From the IMG/VR virus record IMGVR_UViG_3300044513_002212, positions 1-63,349 of that record: a stretch of DNA of 63,349 nucleotides. The stretch is one strand, 5' to 3'. Origin of the DNA: a virus (lineage: Duplodnaviria > Caudoviricetes). Positions 45,130 through 56,200 of this stretch are shown here, one piece after another. Position 1 is the first letter of the stretch. The number at the start of each line of letters is the position of its first letter. The position numbers were made by a program, and so were the translations under genes. The notes beneath the pieces are model-generated. The model made no database searches, was not told where the DNA came from, and was given only the letters and a program-made list of their open reading frames with translations.

Positions 45130-45804
45130 ATGACCTTGAGAAAGTTGGGGGTTGCTTTTGCGGCCTCCAGCCTTTTTTTATCTTCCCCTGTTCTTGCAGA
45201 GGGTAAGATTACCAAAGGCTACTACACTATGGACGCTATGGGATGTATGTTAGTCCGAGAGTGTACCAAAGATGTCAAACAAGTCTTTAGTGTCAACGAT
45301 GTTGCTGACGTTTATCCCAATAGTGATTATAATGTTATTGCTAACGAGTTCAACGGAATGCTCGTTGCTCTTAACAAGATCGGAGTTGAGGTGTTTCTAG
45401 CGGATGAAAAATACTTTCCCGTTGGTCACCGTGGGGTTTACCACACTGTAAGTAACAATTTCTTTTTGAACAAGACTTACATGCGTCGTCCTAGTGTATT
45501 GATGTCTGTAATGCGTCATGAAGGTTGGCACGCTGCACAAGACTGTATGGCAGGTTCTATCAAGAACTCTATGATTGCCATCATCAAACCAGAGGAAGAC
45601 GTTCCCCTTCTGTGGCGTGAAATGGCAGAACGAACTTATCCCAAGTCTGCTGTACCTTGGGAAGCAGAAGCAGGATGGGCAGGTAGAACCGAAGGCATGA
45701 CAATGAAAGCACTTCAGTCTTGTGCTGCTGGCACTATGTGGACAGACTACGAACCAACTCCACTCACTAAAAAGTGGTTGAAAGAAGAGGGATTTATTGA
45801 TTAA
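45130..45804 (+). CDS. Secreted zincin-like protein (HExxH)
   Basis: Signal peptide; RHEGWHAAQDC, E.EA. Confidence 0.65.
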   Translation: MTLRKLGVAFAASSLFLSSPVLAEGKITKGYYTMDAMGCMLVRECTKDVKQVFSVNDVADVYPNSDYNVIANEFNGMLVALNKIGVEVFLADEKYFPVGHRGVYHTVSNNFFLNKTYMRRPSVLMSVMRHEGWHAAQDCMAGSIKNSMIAIIKPEEDVPLLWREMAERTYPKSAVPWEAEAGWAGRTEGMTMKALQSCAAGTMWTDYEPTPLTKKWLKEEGFID

Positions 45805-46550
45805 CCTAGTCTAGGGTTATAAGATTGCTTGAGATAAGTACTAAGAAACTGAGAAGAATCTTTGTATTGCATGATTCTCTTTACATCATCAATAACCGTT
45901 CCAATATACTTCTCATCTAAAATTCTAATTCTTCTCTTGTAATCATTTATTTCTACTTCATATTCGTAGTTACTAATTGGCACTACTTTTGAGTTTTGAA
46001 CTACGTTTCCATTACTATCTTTAGCATTTCCTTGCTGATCATAGGTTAGATCACCAGAATAGGAGGGAGTTACACCAAAAGTAACTTCCTCCTGTTTTCT
46101 GTTATTGTATTCAATGACATTAAAACTAAAATCAGAATCTACTTCCAGTCTTCCTGGAATGACAAGTCTATTGTAAGTATCTCTCAGTTCTATAGTTTCA
46201 TAATGATGAACTTCTGCAAGTGCTTCATGACTACCATATTTGTCAAGACAATACTTATCAAAAACTAAGGATTCTAAAGGCCACTGATCCCTAACATTTG
46301 TAATGTTATTTGCCAATAGAACAATCCAATCAAAACTTGTATCTCCATATACTCGTTTTGATATTTGATCTGGTCTTTGATCTTCTTCGATCATATAGTC
46401 ATGAAAGACCGTGAATACTTCAAGATCATCACGTAACCTGGGTCTTTTGAATATATTCTTTACGGGAATAACTTCGTCTCTAACAGAAGCATCTGCTACT
46501 CTAGAAACGTAATTGAATTCTGGAAAGTAAGTAAAGTATCCTGCTGCCAT
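45801..46550 (-). CDS. gp53: Baseplate wedge protein gp53
   Basis: RPDQIS..VYG..DWIVLLANNI..QWP, HHYET, SNYEYE. Confidence 0.88.
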   Translation of the reverse strand: MAAGYFTYFPEFNYVSRVADASVRDEVIPVKNIFKRPRLRDDLEVFTVFHDYMIEEDQRPDQISKRVYGDTSFDWIVLLANNITNVRDQWPLESLVFDKYCLDKYGSHEALAEVHHYETIELRDTYNRLVIPGRLEVDSDFSFNVIEYNNRKQEEVTFGVTPSYSGDLTYDQQGNAKDSNGNVVQNSKVVPISNYEYEVEINDYKRRIRILDEKYIGTVIDDVKRIMQYKDSSQFLSTYLKQSYNPRLG

Positions 46551-46551
46551 T

Positions 46552-48162
46552 TTAGTATCCTACCTCTGCAGATGTTGCAGTTGGTGTATTAGCTGGGAAG
46601 TTGTAACCTTTAATTCCACTGTAATCTGTGTTGTATAGTGGTTCTAGTTCTGAGAACGTCATTTCTATTTGAACAGAAACTGGCATTCCTCCTTCAAAAG
46701 CATTCCATTCACCATCTGGTGTGTAGTTTGTAGCTATTCTTGTCAATGCACACTGTTTGAATCTATTTACACCCGCAATAGATTGTCCATTATTTGTTTG
46801 ATAGGATAACTTAAATACGTTTGGTGTGCCTAGGAAGAATGATGGTTGATCCGCACCGAGGGATGCACCAGAAGAATTTTTAGATACCTTTCTTGCAGCA
46901 GACCACTGTTTTAAGTATCTAATAATTTTTCTTATTATCAAAGCTTCTTCTGGGGATCTAGCACTCATTCTGTATACAAAATTGAAACTTCTGGTTTGTA
47001 CACCCCTGAACATCAATTCAGTGTTTGTATTTTGAATAACCCCACCAACTCTACTTAGAATAGTTTCTGGAGAAATATCTACACCAAGTTGACCAGCTAA
47101 CATGCTCTGAACTGCAGGTCCAATGACACCTGCTGCAGCGCCACTTTGACCTCCTGCCATAAGTAAATCTTTATAAAAGAATGACTTATTTGCTAGATTT
47201 CCCAAACCCTTTATACCAGAAAGAGCACCAAGAGCTGTCCCACCAGCCATGAGTGCAAGCATATTACCTGCATTTTTTGATGTATATCCAAGAGCAGCAC
47301 CAGCAAGGTTATTCATGTTATCATCTTGCCATCTTACTGCATTTGAGTCTCTGACATCTTGAGGCATTGGAAGTATAATTGTTCCTAAAGAGTCTTTCGC
47401 CAGAGCACTACCCCTACGTAGTCCGCCACCAAAAGCAGTTGCAAAAGTTCCTTGCCCCATAAACTCTTTCATTCCAGCAGCATATGGAGGTTGATATCGG
47501 TAACATTCAATTTTGAAATGATCTTGCATTTTTGTTAGATCTTTAGGGTATATGAGATTTCCAGATTTATCATTATCCATGTCCCAACGATCATTCGCAA
47601 CACCAATATCAGTAATAGATTTATATGGATCAGAAACTGCTTGAACAAATACACCTATAGCTTGTTGTACATCGGCAGGAAGGAGACCTAACGGATTAAA
47701 TCCACCAGGATTAGACGGTGGATTAGCTGGTGCTGGAGTTGAAGATTTTGGAGAGGATGGAAGAGTTTGTCCTGCTTGCCACGTATCTGGCAGAACCATT
47801 GTAGTACTAATCCAAGCTGGGTCTGCATATTCAGCTTTCCTTGCTGCTCCAGCACTTCTTTTATTTCTAACTGCTGCTAATTGTTTCTTTAGTTGCGATG
47901 TTAATTGGGTATTAGCGTTATTAAGAACAGCGCCAGTTAGACTTTGGTCTTTAATTTCCGTATCCTGCCAGTTTCCATCCGTCCAAATAGATGCACCACC
48001 AGCAATCTTAGCTCCTTGATCGTCAACTGGGAATAGATTGCCTTTCTTGCTTGTTGTATCGTAAAAGAATGCGTAGTTTTGGGTCTTACCACTAATTTCC
48101 TGCGTAATGGTAAATGGAGTACCATCAGTATTATTGCCTAGACTAATTGGAATTTCAGCCAT
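46552..48162 (-). CDS. gp48: Baseplate tail-tube cap gp48 (N-terminally extended)
   Basis: I.LPMP, NTELMF.G...RSFNF, P..FKL, FKQCALT....YTPDG, FSELEP. Confidence 0.82.
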   Translation of the reverse strand: MAEIPISLGNNTDGTPFTITQEISGKTQNYAFFYDTTSKKGNLFPVDDQGAKIAGGASIWTDGNWQDTEIKDQSLTGAVLNNANTQLTSQLKKQLAAVRNKRSAGAARKAEYADPAWISTTMVLPDTWQAGQTLPSSPKSSTPAPANPPSNPGGFNPLGLLPADVQQAIGVFVQAVSDPYKSITDIGVANDRWDMDNDKSGNLIYPKDLTKMQDHFKIECYRYQPPYAAGMKEFMGQGTFATAFGGGLRRGSALAKDSLGTIILPMPQDVRDSNAVRWQDDNMNNLAGAALGYTSKNAGNMLALMAGGTALGALSGIKGLGNLANKSFFYKDLLMAGGQSGAAAGVIGPAVQSMLAGQLGVDISPETILSRVGGVIQNTNTELMFRGVQTRSFNFVYRMSARSPEEALIIRKIIRYLKQWSAARKVSKNSSGASLGADQPSFFLGTPNVFKLSYQTNNGQSIAGVNRFKQCALTRIATNYTPDGEWNAFEGGMPVSVQIEMTFSELEPLYNTDYSGIKGYNFPANTPTATSAEVGY

Positions 48163-48656
48163 TACTTTTTATAACTCCAAGCTTTGTGTTTGGGAAATCT
48201 CATTCCCCTATTGTCAATAAACTTTTCTGTTGGTAATAACGAAATACTGCCCCAATCTTCATCATCGGGGATTTTATATAGGTTAGCCATCCCACTATAC
48301 AAATATCGATGGATGGTATTTCTGGGTACTACTACCCCACTTCCTTTATTTATGAGGCTTCTCGCAACGGCATCACGATGACTAGGATTAACATAGTGTA
48401 AGTTTGCTCCTAAGAACCCATCTCTTTGGTATTCAATTACAAATGCTAGTGGTTGAGTGTCCCAGAATGGATACTTATCAGGAAACTTTGCACCATAGGA
48501 AAAGAATAGTAAGTCTCCAACTTCAACCCACCCAGTATCACTTGTGCTGATGTCTGGTCTCTGGAAGTCTGCGAGTCGTTCTTCTAGTGCATTGGTATAC
48601 CAATCACCACTTCTCTTTTTCTTACCAGCTTCTTTTGCGATGTCTTCTGCAATCAT
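48162..48656 (-). CDS. gp2: DNA end protector gp2-like protein
   Basis: F.YGAK...WD.QPL..GFLGANLHY..R; LPTEKF. Confidence 0.75.
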   Translation of the reverse strand: MIAEDIAKEAGKKKRSGDWYTNALEERLADFQRPDISTSDTGWVEVGDLLFFSYGAKFPDKYPFWDTQPLAFVIEYQRDGFLGANLHYVNPSHRDAVARSLINKGSGVVVPRNTIHRYLYSGMANLYKIPDDEDWGSISLLPTEKFIDNRGMRFPKHKAWSYKK

Positions 48657-49093
48657 TTGATTCCTAGATCGTCTTCTGTCATGATCTTGAACTCATAATT
48701 ACGGTCAGCACAGTATTCTGCAGCTGCTTCCCACTTTGCTTGATTGATTACCCAAGTCTTAACACTCTCCGCCCATGCTTTTGTTCTCCTTTTTGGATTA
48801 CGTGGGGGTTCTTGGCACTGTTTCTTGGGTTTGACTTCAATCACCATAGTTCTAGTCTTTCCAGTTCTGTCTTTATACTTAACAAAGAAGTCTGGAAAGT
48901 ATCGATGATACTTATTGTCAATTGGTGACTTATATGGAATGAAGAATTCTTCTGACTGCCACTGGTATACACTCTCGTTCAGGTCACAATATCTCATGAA
49001 CTTTCTTTCCCAAAGAGACCTGTAAACAATGTTTGTAGGATTGCCTTTATATTTCTTTGGATGTTCTGGTCGATATTTTCCCTGATAAGACAT
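48653..49093 (-). CDS. gp4: Head completion nuclease gp4 (TnsA-like)
   Basis: YRSLWE, WQSEE, RYFPDF, IEVKP, NQAKW.AA. Confidence 0.92.
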   Translation of the reverse strand: MSYQGKYRPEHPKKYKGNPTNIVYRSLWERKFMRYCDLNESVYQWQSEEFFIPYKSPIDNKYHRYFPDFFVKYKDRTGKTRTMVIEVKPKKQCQEPPRNPKRRTKAWAESVKTWVINQAKWEAAAEYCADRNYEFKIMTEDDLGIK

Positions 49094-49126
49094 ATACATA
49101 GTATATAAAGCACTAAAAATATTTAG

Positions 49127-50023
49127 ATGTCAAACTCCCAAAAAAATATATTTTTAAGGGCAGCAGGTAGTGGATTAGACTCTGATATAGCTTATCCAAG
49201 AAATAATACTGCTTATAAGAGTAACTTCTTAAATAATCTTGGATCTCCAGCTTTATCCAATACTTATAAAGTTGCACTGCAACTTGCTCAGACTGGACCA
49301 GAAACATCTGCAGGAGCATCTTTAAACTCTTGGTTAACTAGTGCTGGAGTTTTTTTAGGCAATACTCCAGATAGATTTGATTTTCTTTGTGCTGAAGCAA
49401 TGATACCTGGAACCACTTTCCAAACTTATCAAGAACTTGGAAGTAGACAAGGTATTCAGGAAGCATTCCCTATGAGAAGGGAATATACTGATATGGCAAT
49501 GAGTTTCTATGTCTCATCTGATTATCAGGTATTGAGACTATTCCAAGAGTGGATTAATTTTGTAAATCCTGTTTATAATGGTGCTGCCGGAACTCCGAAG
49601 TCTGGATCTCCTGGGGGATATCCAAGTGCTACCGTTAGGAATGGATATCATCGATTTAGATATCCAGATTACTATAAGAGAAACCTTTCTATCACGAAGT
49701 TTGAGAGAAATATCAAAGAATCTATTACATATACCTTTATTAATGCTTTTCCTATCACTGTAAAATCTATTCCATTATCATATGAAGGAGCACAACTTCT
49801 ACAAGTTGGTGTGGAATTTAAGTATGATAGGTATATTATTACTGAACAAAACAAACCCGTGAGAGAAGCTCCAGCAGCTTCTACACCAGCATCAACGACT
49901 CAAGGAGTCCCCACCCAGGGTGCAGGACAGTCTGCTGCCACTACTTCAGGTGTGAATGGCAAAGCTGGTCTTGATCCTGGTGTTGTGGATCCAAGAGAAA
50001 GGTCAAGATCCCTAGGCACCTAA
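49127..50023 (+). CDS. Tail-tube-like protein / baseplate tube initiator (gp54-like)
   Basis: C.EA.IPG, FQEWINF, Y.F.NAFP, V.F.YDRY tube-fold pattern; synteny. Confidence 0.65.
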   Translation: MSNSQKNIFLRAAGSGLDSDIAYPRNNTAYKSNFLNNLGSPALSNTYKVALQLAQTGPETSAGASLNSWLTSAGVFLGNTPDRFDFLCAEAMIPGTTFQTYQELGSRQGIQEAFPMRREYTDMAMSFYVSSDYQVLRLFQEWINFVNPVYNGAAGTPKSGSPGGYPSATVRNGYHRFRYPDYYKRNLSITKFERNIKESITYTFINAFPITVKSIPLSYEGAQLLQVGVEFKYDRYIITEQNKPVREAPAASTPASTTQGVPTQGAGQSAATTSGVNGKAGLDPGVVDPRERSRSLGT

Positions 50024-50063
50024 ATTTACCTACTAAATAATATGAATGACTTGATAACATATC

Positions 50064-50783
50064 ATGCCTTTACCAAAAATTAGTACCTCTCAACATGAGT
50101 TGATCCTTCCTTCTACTGGCAAAACAGTAAAGTACAGACCATTTCTTGTACGTGAAGAGAAGGTTTTGATTCTTGCTCTAGAAAGCAAGGATTCTAAACA
50201 GATTACTAATGCTATCAAACAAGTTTTGAAGGATTGTATTCTTACTAGAGGTATCAAGGTCGAAGAACTTCCTAGTTTTGATATTGAATATTTGTTCCTA
50301 AACGTTAGGGGCAAGTCTGTTGGTGAAAGTATCGATCTAATTGTTACTTGTGGTGATGACGGAAAAACTACGGTTCCCGTAACTGTGGACATTGATGATA
50401 TTGTTGTCGAAAAAGATCCAGAACATAGCACCGATATCTCCCTAGGAGAGTTTACTCTGAGGATGAGATATCCTTCCCTAAAACAATTCGTTGAGAGTAA
50501 TTTTGGGGAAAACGCTGATAGAAACGACATAGACGGTACATTTGACATTATCGCCTCTTGTATTGAAATGGTCTTCAATGAAGACGAAATGTGGTCTGCT
50601 GCAGAATGTACCAAGAAAGAGTTGAGAGAGTGGATTGAAAGTCTTACTTCAGAACAGTTCAATAAGATTGAAAAGTTCTTTGAAACCATGCCTAAGTTGA
50701 CGCATACTATTACTGTTACTAACCCTAATACGGGAAATGAAAACTCTGTGGTTCTTGAGGGATTAACTGATTTTTTCGGTTGA
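50064..50783 (+). CDS. gp26: Baseplate hub assembly protein gp26
   Basis: MPLPKI, YRPFLVREEK.L, FDIEYLFL..RGKSVGE, LEGL.DFF. Confidence 0.92.
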   Translation: MPLPKISTSQHELILPSTGKTVKYRPFLVREEKVLILALESKDSKQITNAIKQVLKDCILTRGIKVEELPSFDIEYLFLNVRGKSVGESIDLIVTCGDDGKTTVPVTVDIDDIVVEKDPEHSTDISLGEFTLRMRYPSLKQFVESNFGENADRNDIDGTFDIIASCIEMVFNEDEMWSAAECTKKELREWIESLTSEQFNKIEKFFETMPKLTHTITVTNPNTGNENSVVLEGLTDFFG

Positions 50784-50785
50784 GT

Positions 50786-50974
50786 ATGTCTCATGTGAAT
50801 CTTGAGGCATATTTTAGAATCAACTTCGCTTTAATGCAGTTCCATAAATACTCATTAACTGAAGTTGAAAACATGGTTCCTTGGGAAAGAGATGTCTATG
50901 TTGGTCTTCTAAGACAACACATTGAAGAAGAGAACCTAAAGGCACAACAAAGAGCCGCAGCTGCAAATGGCTAG
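50786..50974 (+). CDS. gp51: Baseplate hub assembly catalyst gp51
   Basis: NFALMQFHKYSLTE.ENM.PWERD.Y. Confidence 0.88.
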   Translation: MSHVNLEAYFRINFALMQFHKYSLTEVENMVPWERDVYVGLLRQHIEEENLKAQQRAAAANG

Positions 50975-52673
50975 ATACTTCCCCGATAGAAGAGCACTAA
51001 GCAAACCGTTTAGTCAATCCCCAGGACTTTCCAGTAGGGGAGGATTCGGTGTTGCTAGATCAAGGACACCTATGTTTGGTAGGTCTCCTGGACTTCGTGG
51101 TGGGTTTTCTTCGTCTGGGGAAAGAGGAATTGGTGGTAGGTTAGGTGCTAGTAGAGTAAGACCTGCTCCTTCACCTCTACTTGGAGCAGTTAATAATATT
51201 TCCCAAACTCTTGGCGGTGGAGTTGAAACTACCCCACAAACAACAGTAATTAATAGATTAGTAAATCAGAGGGTACAGAATATACTCCCCTCTCTTACTA
51301 ATAAGATAGAAAGACAGGTCAATACATTTGACCCTGGAGATCTACTTAATAAAGTATTTAAAGGTGGCATAACTGAGTTAGAGAAACTCGGCAGTGCAAT
51401 AACTTCTATTATTAAACCACTAAAGAGAGTTTTTACTTTCCTTACAGATTCAAGTAAGATACTCACAAAGTTAATTAAGAAACTTCTTACTGGTGGTAGA
51501 AGCGGTGGACCTTCCTTTGGGTTAAAGAATCTGCTTGGTCTAGCAATGCCTATGATGGCTGCTGCCTCGACCTTCATGGCCATGGAGACCATGCAGAGGG
51601 CACAGAAAGAACCAACTATTGATCAAGATGCCCCTATAGATGAACTGAGTCCCACTGAGGGAGGTCAGAGACCATCAAGAGTTGATCCAGATAAAGAAGG
51701 TTCTTCGGATTCACTTCCTGGACAATTAACTACAGAAGAATTAGACGTATTTAATCAGAGTGTCAAGAGATTCAATAAACTACTTGATGGTCTGATAAAA
51801 GCACAATTAGCAGAAAAACCTACACAATCAAGTAGTGGATCGAGTAGTGCTACTTCAACTACTCCAATGGCTGCTCCACCTACTCCTCCCCCTGGACCTG
51901 GTGGTCCTGGTGGAGATGTAACGGGAACTCCTGGTGCTATCAGTAAGGATAGATTCACCATCGGAGATAGTGTCGCTATGCTTAAAGGTCTTGGTGCCAG
52001 TGATGAAGAGGCACAAAGACTCTCTGTGAACATGAAGTATGAGTCTTCTGGAGATCCAACTATTGATACGGTTAAGTCTGGTCTTGATCCAACTAAATCA
52101 AATGAATATTCCATTGGACTTTATCAGATTAACTGGAAAGCTCATAAAAACGGTCCAATTGCAAGAGAACTTGGTATAACTAATGAGGATCAACTCCGTG
52201 ATCCAGTAACAAACGCCATGTTTGCTATTAAGTTGTATAGGTCACAAGGCAATGCGGCTTGGTCTGCAAGAAGCAAAGTTACTAATGCAGACAGGGCAGA
52301 GGCATCTCAATCTCTACAAGGATGGCAAGAAAGATATAGAGTAATGGGTGGCCAAAGTCCATATGCAACTGGTACTACTGGTGGATTAACAGAACCAACT
52401 ACAGTTCAACCAGATACTTCGACTACTCAACAACAAACTAATGTCAATGCACAGGTAATATCTAGAGATGCTGCTAGTGTTGCCACAGGATCTGGGGAAC
52501 CAATTGTCAATAATACTGTGGTCGAAGTTCCAGCACAACCTCAACCAAGACCACCAAAAATGGATGCTGGACCTTCTCAAAGTGCAGTGCAAGTTCCATT
52601 CTTCTTATCGATGAAAGAAGATATTCATATCATGTATTCTAAGATCGTATACAACGTGGTTGATGCATCATGA
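50967..52673 (+). CDS. Virion structural protein with a lytic transglycosylase-like domain
   Basis: YESSGDP...SIGLYQIN...DPVTN..A..LY..QG..AW; follows gp51. Confidence 0.65.
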   Translation: MARYFPDRRALSKPFSQSPGLSSRGGFGVARSRTPMFGRSPGLRGGFSSSGERGIGGRLGASRVRPAPSPLLGAVNNISQTLGGGVETTPQTTVINRLVNQRVQNILPSLTNKIERQVNTFDPGDLLNKVFKGGITELEKLGSAITSIIKPLKRVFTFLTDSSKILTKLIKKLLTGGRSGGPSFGLKNLLGLAMPMMAAASTFMAMETMQRAQKEPTIDQDAPIDELSPTEGGQRPSRVDPDKEGSSDSLPGQLTTEELDVFNQSVKRFNKLLDGLIKAQLAEKPTQSSSGSSSATSTTPMAAPPTPPPGPGGPGGDVTGTPGAISKDRFTIGDSVAMLKGLGASDEEAQRLSVNMKYESSGDPTIDTVKSGLDPTKSNEYSIGLYQINWKAHKNGPIARELGITNEDQLRDPVTNAMFAIKLYRSQGNAAWSARSKVTNADRAEASQSLQGWQERYRVMGGQSPYATGTTGGLTEPTTVQPDTSTTQQQTNVNAQVISRDAASVATGSGEPIVNNTVVEVPAQPQPRPPKMDAGPSQSAVQVPFFLSMKEDIHIMYSKIVYNVVDAS

Positions 52674-54835
52674 AGTCAACTATATCCACACTTACAGTAG
52701 TCAATGCTACTAAGAGCAACGTAAATGATTCTAAGTTAGCGATTAAGAAGTTAACATCACTGATTAAAACAGAGAGAAAAAATTTAAATTCTCTCAAGTT
52801 GCCTAGCAAAAGAGAACTAAAGAAACTTCTTGATGTAAAAACTCCTGGTAGTGAGAGTCCAAAAGATAGAAACTGGAAGCCTGGAATGAGACTTCCAAAG
52901 GCTTTGACTGCCGTTTCTGCTGGAGTAACTCTATTCACTGCACCTGCATGGTTACCTGATTTCGCTCAGAAACATATGGGTATTGATGTAGTTAATGCTT
53001 CAGAGAAGGATGTTTATGATGCTCCTGGTACAAGAATGGAGAAGTATCAACAACTTCTGAGAGAGAAAAATAAACTTAACTGGTTTGAACGTAATATTCA
53101 AGGTAAAGGTGCGAAATATGATGAACTTCTTTACTTCACAAAGTATGGTAGAACAAAGTCATATACATTTGGCAATGATGGTAGAGGAACAACTCCAACG
53201 ACACCAACATTCTTAGAGGGAGATGCTGAGTGGCAAGGAGAATTGACTCTTGCACAACAACAGGATATTAAAGATAAGAGTGTAGTTAAAAAATTAGAAG
53301 TAAAAAAATATAGAAAAGCTGTTGATAAGTTTGAGAAAGTCTTTTTCCGCAAAGGGCAACCCATAGTAATTGGATCAGGTGGTGGTAGTGGAGAAGTTCC
53401 TGCAAATACTTCTAGAACACCTCTTCCTAGTCCTGGTCGCCGCCAAGGCGGACCATCAGTACCAGGAATGCGATATAGTTCTTCTGGCGGAAGACTAATT
53501 ACTGACCCTGGTGGATCAGACTATGGTACTGCAGGAGGATATGGAAGTAGGAGTTCTACTAGGATTCATGGTGCTGGTGGAGAAATGGGACATACTGGTG
53601 AAGATTACTCGATGCCAGTGGGTGAACCGCTCGCGATGATTGCACCAGGTGTTGTATATGATGTTGGAATGATGGGAGATGCCAATGATCCTGGAGGTCC
53701 CAACGGAACTAATAGTGGATATGGAAACTTTGTTGTAGTCAAGTTAGATGATGGAATGTATGTCAAGATGGCACACTTGGACAAAGTGTTTGTCACTGAA
53801 GGTGAAAGAGTTGGTGCAGGATCTGCAGGTAGTGGTAGAGCAAAAGTGATTGGAGAGAGTGGAGACACTGGTCTTTCCACTGGACCTCACTTGCACCTTG
53901 ATTATGCTAGACAATATACTAAAAGTTCTGCCGCTGTAGATCAAACACTAAACCCAAAATCATTCATTGAGGGTGGTGGTCTTGTCATTGGAGAGGATGT
54001 CAAATCTGATGGAAGAGTTACCGTAGATCCAACTCTAGGTAATGTTCCTGCTAACCCTGCGGGTACTATCCCAACAACGGCAAGACCACAGTCTTCAGTT
54101 GTGCCACAGGCAAGAAGAACTGCACCTAGACCAATCGATCCTTATTCTGCAGCCGCTGGTGCGAATAGAAAGAGTGTAGTGCAGGAAAAAATGGATGCTC
54201 TTCAAGAAGAGATTTATGAATACGATGAACAATTGGAAGGTGTGAGACGATTCATGGATGCCACTAGAGAAGGTTCTGATATGAAATATAGAACTCAATA
54301 TGGAACCCTTGTTAGAGGAAAAACTGGACTCTGGAATGAAGACAAATTATTCAATAAAAATGGTACACAAGTAAAACTTAAGACTGCAGCAGATAAAACA
54401 TTGATTGAAAGAATAGAGAGAGAAAGACAGAAGAGAGTAAATCAACTCAATAGATTCAAATCAAATGTATCTGCAGATCCAGACTACATTTGGTCTTTGA
54501 ATCCACAAGAACAGGCTTTACTGGAAGCAGATTTAAATGCTATTGAACAGTGGCAAGAGGATGTTGTTAATGGTGTGGAGACTACTGCTGCTCCTGTTTT
54601 GCCTTCACAAAGTGCTGCATCACGAGAGGTTCCACGTCAATATCCCTCGTATAATATGCCTCAAAGTGCTAGTGTAAATAATAACACTATGCTAGTACAA
54701 CAACCAGCACAGGCACCCGTGAATGTATTCTCTCAAGGACCCCAGGGTGGTGGACAATCACTTGGACCACAAGAAAGTGTTAGTGTCTCTAGTATAATGT
54801 CTGGTATTCTCTTAACTCAACTATCTGGATCATAA
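52670..54835 (+). CDS. Virion structural protein with an M23 peptidase domain
   Basis: HTGEDY, GYGNFVVV, MAHL, GDTGLSTGPHLHL. Confidence 0.75.
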   Translation: MKSTISTLTVVNATKSNVNDSKLAIKKLTSLIKTERKNLNSLKLPSKRELKKLLDVKTPGSESPKDRNWKPGMRLPKALTAVSAGVTLFTAPAWLPDFAQKHMGIDVVNASEKDVYDAPGTRMEKYQQLLREKNKLNWFERNIQGKGAKYDELLYFTKYGRTKSYTFGNDGRGTTPTTPTFLEGDAEWQGELTLAQQQDIKDKSVVKKLEVKKYRKAVDKFEKVFFRKGQPIVIGSGGGSGEVPANTSRTPLPSPGRRQGGPSVPGMRYSSSGGRLITDPGGSDYGTAGGYGSRSSTRIHGAGGEMGHTGEDYSMPVGEPLAMIAPGVVYDVGMMGDANDPGGPNGTNSGYGNFVVVKLDDGMYVKMAHLDKVFVTEGERVGAGSAGSGRAKVIGESGDTGLSTGPHLHLDYARQYTKSSAAVDQTLNPKSFIEGGGLVIGEDVKSDGRVTVDPTLGNVPANPAGTIPTTARPQSSVVPQARRTAPRPIDPYSAAAGANRKSVVQEKMDALQEEIYEYDEQLEGVRRFMDATREGSDMKYRTQYGTLVRGKTGLWNEDKLFNKNGTQVKLKTAADKTLIERIERERQKRVNQLNRFKSNVSADPDYIWSLNPQEQALLEADLNAIEQWQEDVVNGVETTAAPVLPSQSAASREVPRQYPSYNMPQSASVNNNTMLVQQPAQAPVNVFSQGPQGGGQSLGPQESVSVSSIMSGILLTQLSGS

Positions 54836-56184
54836 TGGCAGATCAATTACCACAGTCAATACAACAGGTTGATTTTAAGAAACTTTTAATCACACCATCT
54901 GGATTAAGTGCAGAGAATAAGGCACTAAATGCCACAGATGCTATTGTTGCGATTGATTATTATGAGGATCTCTTATCTCCATCAGTAACATGTAAGATAG
55001 TAATGTTGGACACTCAAAACATGGTGTCTAAGATGAATATGAGAGGATATGAGAGAATTGATCTTGAAATTGGAACTTGCTATGGAGACTTTGAATTTAA
55101 TGACAGTTCAAATAGAACTCCTTTTTATGTGAATGGAATTGAAGGATTGACTAATAGTGAAACAGCAGAAATGTTCACCTTAGAATGTACAACTAAACAA
55201 AATTTAGATAATGAAGCGACTAGGTGTAAAGGTAAGTATCAAAAATTCAAGATTAGTGATCATGTAAAAACGATCTTAAAAGACACTCTTGGTCTCAAGG
55301 GAGACTCTGCAGGTAGAATAGGAACGATTGAAGACACTGCGAATTCATATGGATTTTATGGAAACCAAAAGAAACCTTTCCACATTTGTACTTGGTTAGG
55401 ACCAAAAGCAATATCACAGAAACAAGGAGTTAGTGGCAAGTCAGGTAAAGGTGTTACTGCAGAATCCAGAGGTTCCGCTGGATTTATGTTCTACGAAAAT
55501 TACGATGGATTTCATTTTAGATCTATTGATAGTTTGGTGTCTGAGACATTGAATCCTTTGTCTGCCGATAAGAAAAATATTCTCACATTTGAGTATACAT
55601 CTGAACAAGTGCAGGGTGGACCTAGTAATAAGATTATCCATTATGCATTTGATAAGAGTGTAGATCTCTTTAAGAGTATGAGAGTTGGAATGTATTCCAA
55701 TCTCACATATTTCTTTAATCCATATGACTGGGAATTTGATGTCATTAAGTATACGATGACTAAATCTGTGGAAGCGGACATGGGTGAGTTCATTCCCATT
55801 CCTGGAGATGATCTTCCAGATAAGGCATCTAGAATTATGGTAAGAATAGGTGACCAGGGAATGTTTGACAAAAAAGGCACTCTTGCTTTGGATAGTGGCA
55901 GAGACAATACTGACATGGCAAAGTCATTCTCTCGTTATAATTTGATGTTCTTACAGTCACTAAATATTGTAGTACCATGCAATGTCAAACTGAGAGTTGG
56001 TGATATAATAAAGGTTGTATTGCCTTCCGTTGGACCCGCTGATAGTGGGGACAGAAAAGATGTCGATACAACTCACAGTGGATACTATCTCATCAGAAGT
56101 CTTAGACATCACTTTGAGAGAGAAAGTGGTAGTAATGTTACTGCTTTAAATCTCATTAGAGACTGTTACGGACTTTCCCTATAA
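54835..56184 (+). CDS. Baseplate hub protein (gp27/late-control-D-like)
   Basis: YYEDL.SP, GFMFYENYDGFHFRSID, L.VGD.I, SG.YLI..LRH. Confidence 0.65.
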   Translation: MADQLPQSIQQVDFKKLLITPSGLSAENKALNATDAIVAIDYYEDLLSPSVTCKIVMLDTQNMVSKMNMRGYERIDLEIGTCYGDFEFNDSSNRTPFYVNGIEGLTNSETAEMFTLECTTKQNLDNEATRCKGKYQKFKISDHVKTILKDTLGLKGDSAGRIGTIEDTANSYGFYGNQKKPFHICTWLGPKAISQKQGVSGKSGKGVTAESRGSAGFMFYENYDGFHFRSIDSLVSETLNPLSADKKNILTFEYTSEQVQGGPSNKIIHYAFDKSVDLFKSMRVGMYSNLTYFFNPYDWEFDVIKYTMTKSVEADMGEFIPIPGDDLPDKASRIMVRIGDQGMFDKKGTLALDSGRDNTDMAKSFSRYNLMFLQSLNIVVPCNVKLRVGDIIKVVLPSVGPADSGDRKDVDTTHSGYYLIRSLRHHFERESGSNVTALNLIRDCYGLSL

Positions 56185-56200
56185 CCGAACGGTAACTATC

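Noticed and set aside
48653-49093. TnsA-like transposase
   Set aside because: This is T4 gp4 head-completion nuclease in conserved synteny, not a mobile element.
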